Program-made: the position numbers and the translations under genes | Source of the DNA: Elusimicrobiota bacterium | GTDB lineage: Bacteria; Elusimicrobiota; Elusimicrobia; UBA1565; JACRDR01 | Assembly: GCA_041694815.1 (NCBI GenBank) | Contig: JBGFSC010000018.1 | Coordinates: forward strand, 10,598 to 74,597 | Length of the DNA stretch: 64,000 bases | Reading direction: 5' to 3' | Part shown: positions 32,945 through 42,434 of the stretch, in pieces | Layout of the letters: each line of letters starts with the position of its first letter | Position numbering within the stretch: the stretch's first letter is position 1 | The notes under the pieces: generated by a model | What the model saw: the letters and a program-made list of their open reading frames with translations, nothing else | Told to the model about the DNA's origin: nothing | Databases searched by the model: none

Positions 32945-34083
32945 GGTCCTTCGATGTCGCGGTGGTTGGTGGAGGCATTTTCGGTGCCTGCGCCGCCTAC
33001 CATCTCGCGCGGCGCGGGCGCAAGGTCGTGCTCATCGACCAGTACGAGATCCCCAATTCCTGGGCGGCCTCCAGCGATCACGCGCTCGTGTTCCGTTGCA
33101 GCTACGGCAAGGACACCTTCTACACCGACCTGGCGATGCGCGCCTTGGGCCTATGGAAGGATTTTCAGAAAGACGCCAAGGAGGAGCTCTACCAGCCCGT
33201 CGGCGCGCTCGACATCGCCGTCAAGGATAAGGGGTACGAAGAAGACTGCTACCAATCGCTTAAGTCCGTCGGATTACCCGTTTTCAAGTGGGATCCGAAA
33301 GAGACGCATGAACGTTACCGTATTTTCAATCCCCGCTCTCTTCGCTTTTCGGTCTACCACCCTGACGGAGGATTGCTCTGGGCCCAGCGAGCGGTGGCGG
33401 CCTACGCGGCCGCGGCCGCCCGGCACGGCGTCCGCCGGGTGGAAAAAACAAAGGTGAACGCCGTCCTCAGGCGCAAGGCCGATGGGATCACGGGCTTGAG
33501 GGATTCCAACGGGAAGGTTTGGGAAGCGGGGGCTTATGTCTTCGCCGCGGGCCCTTGGACTCGTGAGATGCTTTCCGCCTATGGGTTACCGTTGAAGGTG
33601 ACGCGTCAGGAGCTCTTATACCTGCGTCCTCCGAACAACCAGGGACGCTACCGCCCCGCCCATTGTCCCCCGTTCTCGGTGCGTGCCAAGGGCTTCTACG
33701 GCCTACCCGTCCACATCCACGGCTTCATGAAAATCGGGGATGCCCGAGCCGGCAAGCCCGGCAAGCCCGGCCCGGGGTCCCAGGGGCTGAGCCCGTCTTT
33801 CGAACGAGCCTGCCGCGCTTTTCTCAAGAAGACGATCCCTGACCTGGCCTCCTTCAGCGAGACCGAGGGCAAGATCGGCTTCCATGACCGGACGCCGGAC
33901 GGAGATTTCATCGTCGACCGGCTTCCGGACGCCAACGGCTTCGTCGCCGCCGGCTTCTCCGACCACGGCTTCAAGTTCGGACCCCTGATAGGCAAGACCC
34001 TCGCCGAGCTCATCATCGACGGCAAGACGGAGATCAACCTACAGCGCTTCCGCCTCGGCCGTTTCCGCCTTAAAATCCGTTGA
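32941..34083 (+). CDS. FAD-dependent oxidoreductase, sarcosine oxidase/SolA-like (DAO family)
   Basis: VVGGGIFG, TPDGDFIVD and GFSDHGFKFGP; start ATG 32941. Confidence 0.85.
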   Translation: MRSFDVAVVGGGIFGACAAYHLARRGRKVVLIDQYEIPNSWAASSDHALVFRCSYGKDTFYTDLAMRALGLWKDFQKDAKEELYQPVGALDIAVKDKGYEEDCYQSLKSVGLPVFKWDPKETHERYRIFNPRSLRFSVYHPDGGLLWAQRAVAAYAAAAARHGVRRVEKTKVNAVLRRKADGITGLRDSNGKVWEAGAYVFAAGPWTREMLSAYGLPLKVTRQELLYLRPPNNQGRYRPAHCPPFSVRAKGFYGLPVHIHGFMKIGDARAGKPGKPGPGSQGLSPSFERACRAFLKKTIPDLASFSETEGKIGFHDRTPDGDFIVDRLPDANGFVAAGFSDHGFKFGPLIGKTLAELIIDGKTEINLQRFRLGRFRLKIR

Positions 34084-34105
34084 AGGCGGCCGTCGCGCCG
34101 CTTGG

Positions 34106-34570
34106 TTAAGCTCCCTTTAAAAAGGACTGGGCCTGGCGCAGGTAATTCAAAGCGACGGCCAAGTCCTTATAAGGGATACGCACCCCTTTTTTGGACCATC
34201 CCTTATAGCTGCCGTCGTCGATCCACTCACGTAGGTCTATCCCGGTCGCGTCCTTGAAGATCGTGACGCGCACAACGAACTCACAGCCCGCCTTTTTGGG
34301 AAATCGGGCGAGCTCTGTCTCCTCGAGCGCCTGGGGCTCGGGGGGGAGCTTGGCGAGGGCTCCCAGCACCTCCGACAAGAGATTCGCGTTTAGGGTCACC
34401 CCAGCCTTGGTCGGCCCGCTGTAGCCTTCCCGACGGAGGAAGGTGCGTATCGAGGCGTACTTGTAGCCGCGGTATTCGTCCACATAGAACTTGATTTCTG
34501 ATTCCGGCGAGCTGCTGAGCGATCCGAACTCCTTAAGCGGCTTGAACGGCGCGGATTCCATAGCGTTCAT
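34106..34570 (-). CDS. Tandem PC4/YdbC-like putative ssDNA-binding protein
   Basis: Two repeats: EYRGYKYASIRTF..PTKAGVTL and FKDATGIDLREW..SKKGVRI. Confidence 0.7.
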   Translation of the reverse strand: MNAMESAPFKPLKEFGSLSSSPESEIKFYVDEYRGYKYASIRTFLRREGYSGPTKAGVTLNANLLSEVLGALAKLPPEPQALEETELARFPKKAGCEFVVRVTIFKDATGIDLREWIDDGSYKGWSKKGVRIPYKDLAVALNYLRQAQSFLKGA

Positions 34571-34635
34571 GAGTTCCTCCTACCACAAGTACGAACGAGG
34601 GCCGGATTAGTTCCAAGCATACCATAAACATTTGT

Positions 34636-36180
34636 ATGATGGCCCTCCCCGTGGAGTCCTTGGCGCTACAGCTGTCGATCACCGCCGCCCTTATAGCCCT
34701 CAACGCCTGCTTTGTGCTCGCCGAGATATCGATCGTGCGGGTTCGTTCCTCGAGTATCGAGCTTTTGGCGCGAAAGGGAGCCAGGGGCGCGGCGCGCGTC
34801 CAAAACATGCTTGAGAATCTCGACGTTTACCTTTCCGCCGTGCAGATGGGAATCACTATGACGAGCCTGGGGCTAGGATGGGTGGGGGAGCCCGCGGTGG
34901 CGCGACTGCTCGAGGGTTTCTTGCAGGACCTACCCATGCCGGCAGGCAAGGTCTTCACTCACGGCCTTTCGTTGGCATTGGCTTTTGGCGTCATCACCTT
35001 CCTACACATCGTCTTGGGCGAGCTGATGCCTCGCTCGATCGCAATCCAATACGCGGAACTTATCAGCCTCTGGACCTCGTTTCCCTTAAGGGTCTTCTAC
35101 CTCATATTCAAGATCCCTACGAACTTCATGGCCAATGTTTCGATGTGGCTGCTCAGCCTGATGCGCATCAAGCCTGCCTCGGAGGCCGAAACGCGGCTTT
35201 CGGAAGAGGAGATGCGATTTTTGCTCGGGAGCGCGGAGGATAAGGGAGGGGTCTCGCTCGAAAGGTTGATGTTGTTAGAAAACGTTTTCGACTTCGGCGA
35301 GGCCAAGGTTTCGGAAGCGATGACCCCGCAATTCAAGATTGCCTACCTCTCATTGGCTAAATCCTGGAGCGAGAATCTCGCCGTCATACGCGAAAGGCGC
35401 TATTCCCGCTACCCGCTTTGCGAGAAGGATCTCGAGTCCCCGATCGGGCTCCTCCATATCAAGGACCTAGCCTTGAGCGCCATGGATGGCCGGGGAAAGG
35501 AACCGGACCTCAAAAAGCTCAGGCGCGACATCGTGGAGGTCTCGCCCGGGGAATCCCTGCACAAACTGCTTAAGATATTCCCCGATCGCGGCATACAGAT
35601 GGCGCTGGTGCGCAACCCATCCGGAGGCGTCGCGGGGCTCCTTACCCTGGAGGACATACTCGAGGAGATCGTCGGCGAGATCCACGACGAGTTCGACCTG
35701 CCGCACGCATGGTCGCTCATGGACGTCGTCGTCCCCTCGGCGGTGGATGTCTCGCTCGACGCGCACGACCGGGAGGGGGCCATCCGGCGCCTGACTGAAA
35801 AATTAGGAGCCGCCGAGCCCTCGCTCGATGTCGAAGAGGCGGTGCGCCTCGCCTGGGAACGGGAAACGAAATTCTCCAGCGCGGTGGGGCATGGGGTGGC
35901 CGTGCCGCATGCCAGAATCTTTCGCCTTCCGCGGCCCTTGGTGGCGATCGGACGCTCGACCAAGGCCCTGCCCTTCCCCGCGCCGGACAAAGCCCCCGTG
36001 CGCCTCGTGTTCTTGATCCTGACCCCCGCCTCCGCCCCCGTATCGCAGCTCAAGATACTGGCCCGCGTGGCCTCGCTCATGTCGAACGAGAACGTGCGTC
36101 GGCGCCTGCTGCGCGCTAAAACCGAGGAGCACTTGCTCGATATGTTGCGCACGGCCGACACCGTTTTGGCGTCGCCGTAA
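34636..36180 (+). CDS. CNNM/CorB (hemolysin-like) CBS transporter fused to PTS EIIA domain
   Basis: FVLAEIS, QMGIT, HIVLGEL.P, CBS pair (YSRYP, LEDILEEIVGEI.DEFD), then RE...SSAVGHGVAVPHAR. Confidence 0.88.
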   Translation: MMALPVESLALQLSITAALIALNACFVLAEISIVRVRSSSIELLARKGARGAARVQNMLENLDVYLSAVQMGITMTSLGLGWVGEPAVARLLEGFLQDLPMPAGKVFTHGLSLALAFGVITFLHIVLGELMPRSIAIQYAELISLWTSFPLRVFYLIFKIPTNFMANVSMWLLSLMRIKPASEAETRLSEEEMRFLLGSAEDKGGVSLERLMLLENVFDFGEAKVSEAMTPQFKIAYLSLAKSWSENLAVIRERRYSRYPLCEKDLESPIGLLHIKDLALSAMDGRGKEPDLKKLRRDIVEVSPGESLHKLLKIFPDRGIQMALVRNPSGGVAGLLTLEDILEEIVGEIHDEFDLPHAWSLMDVVVPSAVDVSLDAHDREGAIRRLTEKLGAAEPSLDVEEAVRLAWERETKFSSAVGHGVAVPHARIFRLPRPLVAIGRSTKALPFPAPDKAPVRLVFLILTPASAPVSQLKILARVASLMSNENVRRRLLRAKTEEHLLDMLRTADTVLASP

Positions 36181-36194
36181 GGTAAAATAAAATA

Positions 36195-37139
36195 GTGGCC
36201 GGCCAAAAATCCGATGGGACCCACCTGCCTCCCTGCATCCTGGTCGCCGACGACGACCCGGGGATACGCGACGTGCTGCGCGACATGCTAGAGCGCGCCG
36301 GCTTTCGGGTGGCCATGGCCAAGGACGGTGAGGAGGCCCTCAAGGGCGTCGCCGACGAGAAACCGGATTTGATGCTGCTCGACGTGGACATGCCCAGGAA
36401 AAATGGTTGGCAGGTGGTGCAGGAGCTCAAGGGCGATCCCATCCGCCAGCACCTGCCGGTGCTGCTCTTGACCTCCATGGCGCAGACGCAGAACAAGGTC
36501 CACGGCCTGGAACTGGGGGCCAACGATTACATCACCAAGCCGTTTAATCCCCGCGAGCTGTTGGCCCGCGTGCAGGGCGTGCTCAAGCAGACGCGGCTGG
36601 AGCTGGAGGCCAACCCGCTCAGCCGCCTACCGGGGAACCCCTCCATCGACCGCGAGATAGACGCGCGCATACGCTCGGGGGCCAAATTCGCGGTGCTCTA
36701 TTGCGACTTGAACAATTTCAAGGCGTACAACGACTATTATGGCTTCAAGCGCGGCGACGAAATCATCCAGAAAGCGGCCCAGGTGCTGCTGGCCGTCCGT
36801 GCCCCCGGGGATTTCGTGGGCCATGTGGGCGGCGACGATTTCATCCTGGTCACCAAGCCTCAATTGGCCGAATCGATGTGCCGCAGGATCATCGCCGAGT
36901 TCGCCAAGGCCGCCCCGAGCTTTTACGACCCGATCGCGCGCAAGAAGGGCTACATAGAAGTAGCCGATCGGCAGGGCCATATGATGCGTTTTCCTCTGGT
37001 GGGATTTTCGGTCGGCGCCGTCAGCAACGCGACCCGCCCGCTCAAGTCCTTGGGCCAGGTCGCGGCCCTCGGTACCGAGATGAAGAAATACGCCAAGAAA
37101 GCCGCCTCCTCCTACGTGTTCGACCGCCGGACGAATTGA
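36195..37139 (+). CDS. Response regulator with GGDEF-like domain (GGDDF)
   Basis: REC (LLDVDMP, KPF) plus NPLSRLPGN, DLNNFKAYND and HVGGDDF. Confidence 0.88.
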   Translation: MAGQKSDGTHLPPCILVADDDPGIRDVLRDMLERAGFRVAMAKDGEEALKGVADEKPDLMLLDVDMPRKNGWQVVQELKGDPIRQHLPVLLLTSMAQTQNKVHGLELGANDYITKPFNPRELLARVQGVLKQTRLELEANPLSRLPGNPSIDREIDARIRSGAKFAVLYCDLNNFKAYNDYYGFKRGDEIIQKAAQVLLAVRAPGDFVGHVGGDDFILVTKPQLAESMCRRIIAEFAKAAPSFYDPIARKKGYIEVADRQGHMMRFPLVGFSVGAVSNATRPLKSLGQVAALGTEMKKYAKKAASSYVFDRRTN

Positions 37140-38053
37140 TGGGATATATCCTCGTCACCGACGACGACCCACACATACGCTCGCTCCTGCGCGATGTGCT
37201 CGAGGCCGCCGGCTACCGCGTGGAGACCGCCGCCGACGGCGCCGAGGCATTGGAGAGGGTCGCCCGCGAGGCGCCGGAGCTGATGCTGCTCGACGTGGAG
37301 ATGCCGCAGATGAACGGTTGGGAGGTGGTCGGGCGCATGAAGGCCGACACGCTCCTGCAGCACGTGCCGGTGCTGCTGTTGACCTCGCTTTCGCGCGCGC
37401 AGGACAAGGTCCAGGGCTTGGACCTCGGCGCCGATGATTACCTGACCAAACCTTTCAACTCGGCCGAGCTCTTGGCCAGGGTGCGCGGCGCGCTCAAGCG
37501 CCGCACGATTGGTTTAGACGCCAATCCCCTGAGCCATCTTCCGGGCAACGCCGCCATCGAGCGCGAGATCAACGCGCGCATCCAATCGGGCGCCAAGTTC
37601 GCCGTACTCTACTGCGACCTGAACAATTTCAAGGCCTTCAACGATTATTACGGGTTCAAGCGGGGAGACGAGGTGATCCAGAAGACCGCCCGGATGCTTC
37701 TCGCCGCGCGGCTGCCGGGCGATTTCGTGGGGCACGTGGGAGGCGACGACTTCATCTTCGTCACCGAACTCGCGCGTGCCGAACCGGCATGCAGGAAGAT
37801 AGTATCCGATTTCGAGAATGCGGCCCCCGGGCTCTATGACGCGAAGGATCGCGAGAAGGGGTATATCGAGGTAGCGGATCGACAGGGCAATCTAGGGCGC
37901 TTCCCGTTGGTAGGCATCGCGATCGGTGGCGTGAGCAACGAGCATCGGCCGCTCTCCTCGGTCGGCCAGATCAGCGAACTGGGCGCCGAGATGAAAAAAT
38001 TCGTCAAACGCAACCCGCGATCCTCGTACGGCTTCGACCGCCGCGTCGATTAG
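37139..38053 (+). CDS. Response regulator with GGDEF-like domain (GGDDF), tandem paralogue
   Basis: Start ATG 37139 overlapping upstream stop; same motifs as preceding gene. Confidence 0.88.
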   Translation: MGYILVTDDDPHIRSLLRDVLEAAGYRVETAADGAEALERVAREAPELMLLDVEMPQMNGWEVVGRMKADTLLQHVPVLLLTSLSRAQDKVQGLDLGADDYLTKPFNSAELLARVRGALKRRTIGLDANPLSHLPGNAAIEREINARIQSGAKFAVLYCDLNNFKAFNDYYGFKRGDEVIQKTARMLLAARLPGDFVGHVGGDDFIFVTELARAEPACRKIVSDFENAAPGLYDAKDREKGYIEVADRQGNLGRFPLVGIAIGGVSNEHRPLSSVGQISELGAEMKKFVKRNPRSSYGFDRRVD

Positions 38054-38054
38054 C

Positions 38055-39701
38055 TTAGTGGACAAGGTTGACGGCAGGCGCCGTTTTGTAGTCCGGCCGC
38101 AAACGGATCGCCTCGAGCAGATGGCGGCGAGCTTCTTTTTTCTTGCCGCGCGTCATGTGCAAAATGCCGAGATTGAAATGAGCGGGGGCGAAATCCGGGC
38201 GATCGGCCAGCACGGATTCCAGAAGGCTTTGCGCCTCGCGCCAGCGTTTTTGTCTGGCGAAGGCTATCGCCTGATTGGTGAGGGCCTCCGGGTCGCGGGG
38301 ATCCATTCGTAAGATCGCTTGGTACTGCGCGTTCGCGCAGTTAAAATCCCCTTGATGCTCGCAGATCACTCCGAGATTCAGGCGGGCCTGCCTATCCGAT
38401 GGCATCAAGCGCAGCGCCGCCTCATAATGCGGCCGGGCGGCCGATTCGTTCCCGCGATTAAAAAGCTCGGTGGCCAGATTGGACCGGGCCAGATAGCAGT
38501 CCGGATCGAGCGACAAGACATGCTCCCAGAGCGCCGTCGAATCGCGCCAGACGGGAAGCTGCCGGCGCGTGAGAAGCCCGAGTCCCATGAGCAGGGCCGC
38601 GCCGATGACAAAGAATTTCCTCATGGCGATTGCCGCGCCGGCCAAAAGGGCGAATGGCAGACAGGCTAAATACGTATAGCGATCAGCCGCGATCTGAGGG
38701 CCGTTTTGGAAAAGGCCCGATACCGGCACCAGCGTCAGGAGGTAGACGGTCCATAGCAATGGCGGCCAGACGAGACGCCTGAAGCGAAAGCAGAGCGCCC
38801 AAACAGCGCCCGCAAGGGCCGCTAAGAGCATGATGGGGGGAGTCCAGGGATCGGGCGGCAAAGGATAGAGGGGCGACAGGCGAAACGGGAGCAGGGTTTT
38901 GATCGCGTAGAAGGACGCGTCGAAAAGAAAGACGACGATACGTTCCGCTGCGCCGTAGTCGCTGCCCGCGAGTTCCGATCCGAAACCCATCAGGTTCACG
39001 GAGGCGAACGCCGCGGCCAGGCCGGCGAAAGGAATCTTCTCAAGCCATACAGAACGGTATCCCCGGCGCGCCCAGAGCCGCGGGTCCAAAGGGAGGCGCT
39101 TGAGCGGGAATATATCCAGAGCGATGATGAACCAAAGAAGAGCCAGGCTATTTCCCTTGGAGAGCAAAGCCAGCAGGAAAGCAAACAGGGAGAGCCGCAC
39201 TTGCTTGCGGAGATACGCCGATAAGGCCCAAAGGAAGAAGAAGCCGGAGAGCACATCGCGGCGCTCGGTGACCCAGGCCACCGATTCAACCCGCAGCGGG
39301 TGCAGCGAAAAAAACAGGGATGCGAAGAACGCTCCGGCAGCCGTCTGCTTATACCCGAGCGTCAAGAAAAAGGAACGCGCGAAGAAGAACAATAGTGCGG
39401 CGTTGCAGGAATGAAGGATGATGTTGAGCAGATGGTACCCAAAGGGGTCCAACCCGCCGATCGAATAATTGAGGGCGTAGGAAAGCCAGCTCAACGGCTG
39501 ATAAGGCCCTTGGAAATGCGTGGAGAACATCCAGAGGATGTTTTCGAGGCCGAATCCCCGGTAATGGGCGTTGGCGACCAAGGTATCGCGATCGTCCCAG
39601 CCCAGGAAGGGATAGTGGACAGCCGGCAGAAAAATAAGAAGGGTCAGGACGCCCGCCGCGGCGGCGAGCAGTCGCCAATCGGGGATTCGCCGGATTTCGA
39701 T
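38055..39701 (-). CDS. TMTC-like membrane glycosyltransferase (GT-C) with C-terminal TPRs
   Basis: FLGWDD, YQPL, GYHLLN, HPLRVESVAWVTERRD and ADRYTY motifs; frame open upstream of listed TTG 39581 to a stop at 39711-39713. Confidence 0.8.
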   Translation of the reverse strand: MEIRRIPDWRLLAAAAGVLTLLIFLPAVHYPFLGWDDRDTLVANAHYRGFGLENILWMFSTHFQGPYQPLSWLSYALNYSIGGLDPFGYHLLNIILHSCNAALLFFFARSFFLTLGYKQTAAGAFFASLFFSLHPLRVESVAWVTERRDVLSGFFFLWALSAYLRKQVRLSLFAFLLALLSKGNSLALLWFIIALDIFPLKRLPLDPRLWARRGYRSVWLEKIPFAGLAAAFASVNLMGFGSELAGSDYGAAERIVVFLFDASFYAIKTLLPFRLSPLYPLPPDPWTPPIMLLAALAGAVWALCFRFRRLVWPPLLWTVYLLTLVPVSGLFQNGPQIAADRYTYLACLPFALLAGAAIAMRKFFVIGAALLMGLGLLTRRQLPVWRDSTALWEHVLSLDPDCYLARSNLATELFNRGNESAARPHYEAALRLMPSDRQARLNLGVICEHQGDFNCANAQYQAILRMDPRDPEALTNQAIAFARQKRWREAQSLLESVLADRPDFAPAHFNLGILHMTRGKKKEARRHLLEAIRLRPDYKTAPAVNLVH

Positions 39702-39733
39702 GCCGTTACGTTAACAAATAAGCCGGATGCAGC

Positions 39734-39768
39734 GGAACGCGGTGTCGGCGGGTCCGGCACCGCGTTCC
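39734..39768 (-). terminator. GC-rich hairpin after the 39776-40477 gene
   Basis: GGAACGCGGTGTCGG-CGGGT-CCGGCACCGCGTTCC. Confidence 0.5.
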
Positions 39769-39775
39769 ATGGCCG

Positions 39776-40477
39776 TCAGTACCCAGGCGCGTCCGGAAAG
39801 TCCTCGTCGCGGTGCGGGCGCTTGTCCCGCTCGGAGAGGCGCAGCACCCGCTCGTCCGGATCCGCCGTCCTCAGGAACGGGATCCGGAAGCGCAGGCGCT
39901 GGAGGTACTCCGACTGCTTGCCGGCCATCATCGAGGCGATCGTGTCGGCGTAGAAGCGGCGCGCGTCGGCCACGGTGCGCTTGCCGTCGATGATGTCCTT
40001 GGCGAGGTTCAATGCCAGGAAGTTAGCGGCTTCCTTGTCGCATTTAGCGGAGATCTCCCCGCGGGTGCGGTCGGGATAGACGCTGCCGTCGAACTTCGCC
40101 AGGTCGTCGTAAAACTCCAATGGAACGCGCATCTTCACGAACTGCTCGATGGAGTCCTCATGCGGCATGGGGAAGTTGTGCTTGACGCCCTCGCGGAAGG
40201 CGATGGTGCGCCGCCAGGGGCCGTTATCCCTCCAGAGGAGGAAGTCGCGGGTGACGATGTCCGGCTGCCCGTACTTGTTGATGATGAGCTCCGCCGCCCG
40301 GCGCTGCTTCTCGGGCCAGGAGTCGATGACGTCCCTCGCCCGGCGCTGCTCGGTGACCTCGGCGCGCCCGACGGCGTCCCTACGTTCGAGGCCTATCGGC
40401 TCCGCGGCGCGGCCGGGCTGGCTTACGAGCGCTAATGCCGCGGCCAATGCCCCGAAGCCCCAACGCATCGTGTTCAT
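39776..40477 (-). CDS. Hypothetical exported protein
   Basis: GGAGG SD, upstream TACAAT, signal peptide; FDGSVYPDRTRGEISAKCDKEAANFLALNLA looks like a conserved domain. Confidence 0.75.
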   Translation of the reverse strand: MNTMRWGFGALAAALALVSQPGRAAEPIGLERRDAVGRAEVTEQRRARDVIDSWPEKQRRAAELIINKYGQPDIVTRDFLLWRDNGPWRRTIAFREGVKHNFPMPHEDSIEQFVKMRVPLEFYDDLAKFDGSVYPDRTRGEISAKCDKEAANFLALNLAKDIIDGKRTVADARRFYADTIASMMAGKQSEYLQRLRFRIPFLRTADPDERVLRLSERDKRPHRDEDFPDAPGY

Positions 40478-41102
40478 AATCCACCTCCGAATGTCGACTT
40501 ATTGTATCGTCCGTCGATGGATTTCCGATGACGTCGGTGTAAGGACCGATTGAAAGCTGCAGGCAGGTGCGGGCCGCTTCGCCCGGCACCTGGATCGAAA
40601 CGAGCCCGGGGCCGCAGTCGCGCCGGGTAAAGACCCATTGCAGCGAGCCCGCCACGACGAAGCCGAGGAGGCGCGGATCAAGCATGCGCTCGGTGATGGT
40701 CCGATGGGCCTCCAGGGAGGGAAGCTCGTCGGAGACGAAGGCGTCCCAGCCGGAGGGATAGCGGACGCGCTTGTAGGCATCGGCCTTGACCACCGCGCCG
40801 GTCTCCAAGCGCTGCAGCCAATTGCGGCTGGAGGGGTCGAAGGCCGCGTATCGATCGGAGCGATATAGGCCCAGCTCCTGCGTGTGGTAGAGGATGGCTC
40901 GCGGCCGCCCCCCAGGCTCAAAGAGCAAATGCCCATGGTCGAAGTCCTGGGGATCGCCCAGGTACCGGAATCCCTTGCGATGGGCCGTGTCGGTGAAGCG
41001 CTGCAGCAAAAACTGAATCCGGGTGCGGCTTAAGGGGAACTCCCAGGGTGAATCGGCCCCCACGGCGGCCTTGAGGAGCAACAACAGCAGCGCCAGACGC
41101 AC
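40380..41102 (-). CDS. Hypothetical exported protein
   Basis: GTG 41102 followed by hydrophobic signal RLALLLLLLKAAVGA; 3' end runs into the next gene. Confidence 0.5.
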   Translation of the reverse strand: MRLALLLLLLKAAVGADSPWEFPLSRTRIQFLLQRFTDTAHRKGFRYLGDPQDFDHGHLLFEPGGRPRAILYHTQELGLYRSDRYAAFDPSSRNWLQRLETGAVVKADAYKRVRYPSGWDAFVSDELPSLEAHRTITERMLDPRLLGFVVAGSLQWVFTRRDCGPGLVSIQVPGEAARTCLQLSIGPYTDVIGNPSTDDTISRHSEVDYEHDALGLRGIGRGISARKPARPRRGADRPRT

Positions 41103-41142
41103 CTCCCCAATGTATCTAGCTTCTCGGGGAAAATCTAGAGCG

Positions 41143-42360
41143 TTAGGGTTGGGGTAATTCCACGAGCCACGGTGTTCCCAGCCGCCCGGGCGCCAAGCGC
41201 AGCACCAGCTTAGTCGCGGGCTGAACATTGTCATAGACAGTGGCGGATACGGGAACCCACCGCCGCCCCGTTCCGGAAGGATGATAGATGAGCAGTTCCA
41301 TAGAGCGCTGGTCCTGCCTGAGCCGTTTGGATTCGACGACAGCGACCGCGGAAAAGGCGTCATGGGCAGTTCCGATTCCGTTAAGAGTTGTCAGGAGGCC
41401 GACGAAAAACATCGGATACCCAATCAGCGCGAAGAGAAGGTAGCTTCCGAGGGCCCGGTGGGAGCCGCTTTTGCCGCGCAGGGAGAAAAACAGCGCTGCC
41501 CCGTAAGCCGCAAATAGCGAGGCCGCCATTCTCAGGCCAAGGCGGTTTAAGCTCGAGTCGATCGGAGGGTAACGCCCTCCCCAGTAAAACAGGCCGAACC
41601 CCAGCAGCATCGAAACCGCGCTCGCGGCGACCCAGGCTTTGAGGAAAGGATTCGGAATCAGCGCGATAGAGAGATAGACGTCCTGCGCCAGAACGGGACG
41701 CAAGGACGCGGACTCGGGTGGAGGAGGAGGTTCCGATTGCCTGGAGCCTTTTAACGGCGCCAATACGGCGGCCATTCGGCCCAGCAACATCTCCATTTCC
41801 GCCGGCTCGAAGTAACGACTCCAGTCCCGTTGCTCCGGAATACGGAGGGCCAGTCCGTCTGCGTTCACGGTCAGCGACGCGCCGCGGATCTCGAGCAACG
41901 AGAGGATATGCTCGCGCAGCGACGCGTCCGAGAGCAAAAGGCCTATTTTCGCGTCGTCTCCCGACTCGACGTACACCGACTCATCGAAAAGCGGATCGCC
42001 GCTCTGCGCTTCGCGGCTTAAACCAGAGAGCTTGGCCAGGCGATGCAGGGCTCCTTCTTTGGAAAAAGTGGTCTCGGGCAGGTTGGCTCGTAAAGGCTGC
42101 TGGATACCCAGTACGAGCGCATCACTTTCAGCGTCGCCGCCGACATCATAATCTATGGAAATCAAGTGTTCCTTCCAGCGCCCGTTCAAGGCCCAGCGTC
42201 GCGAGTCCCACGCCAGGGCCAGCCGCTCGCCTAAAGCCTTCATCCGTTTTTCTGGAGTCTTGGTCGCGCAGAAGAAATAAACCAGCGCAGCGCCTAATCC
42301 TCCCGTCAAAACGAGGAGGGGGATAAGGAGATCGGGCTCGAGCCAATACGAGGGGATCAT
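41143..42360 (-). CDS. Hypothetical membrane protein
   Basis: 405 aa; one N-terminal TM and three C-terminal TMs. Confidence 0.65.
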   Translation of the reverse strand: MIPSYWLEPDLLIPLLVLTGGLGAALVYFFCATKTPEKRMKALGERLALAWDSRRWALNGRWKEHLISIDYDVGGDAESDALVLGIQQPLRANLPETTFSKEGALHRLAKLSGLSREAQSGDPLFDESVYVESGDDAKIGLLLSDASLREHILSLLEIRGASLTVNADGLALRIPEQRDWSRYFEPAEMEMLLGRMAAVLAPLKGSRQSEPPPPPESASLRPVLAQDVYLSIALIPNPFLKAWVAASAVSMLLGFGLFYWGGRYPPIDSSLNRLGLRMAASLFAAYGAALFFSLRGKSGSHRALGSYLLFALIGYPMFFVGLLTTLNGIGTAHDAFSAVAVVESKRLRQDQRSMELLIYHPSGTGRRWVPVSATVYDNVQPATKLVLRLAPGRLGTPWLVELPQP

Positions 42361-42434
42361 CCGGGAGATATCTCGTTTATAGCAGCCGGGAGGATTTGGC
42401 GCCAGGCGTTTATAAATAATGCATAATCGAGCAG

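Noticed and set aside
36701..37138. N-terminal extensions of ORF-track entries (also 22804, 32668, 18155, 18832, 27712-28440, 55154-55963)
   Set aside because: Out-of-frame overlaps with upstream or opposite genes; real starts lie at stop/start junctions
40534..40549. TCGGTC-CTTA-CACCGA palindrome upstream of TACAAT as a third site of the phased operator
   Set aside because: Sequence differs, single unit, and distance is 43 rather than 39 bp; not counted
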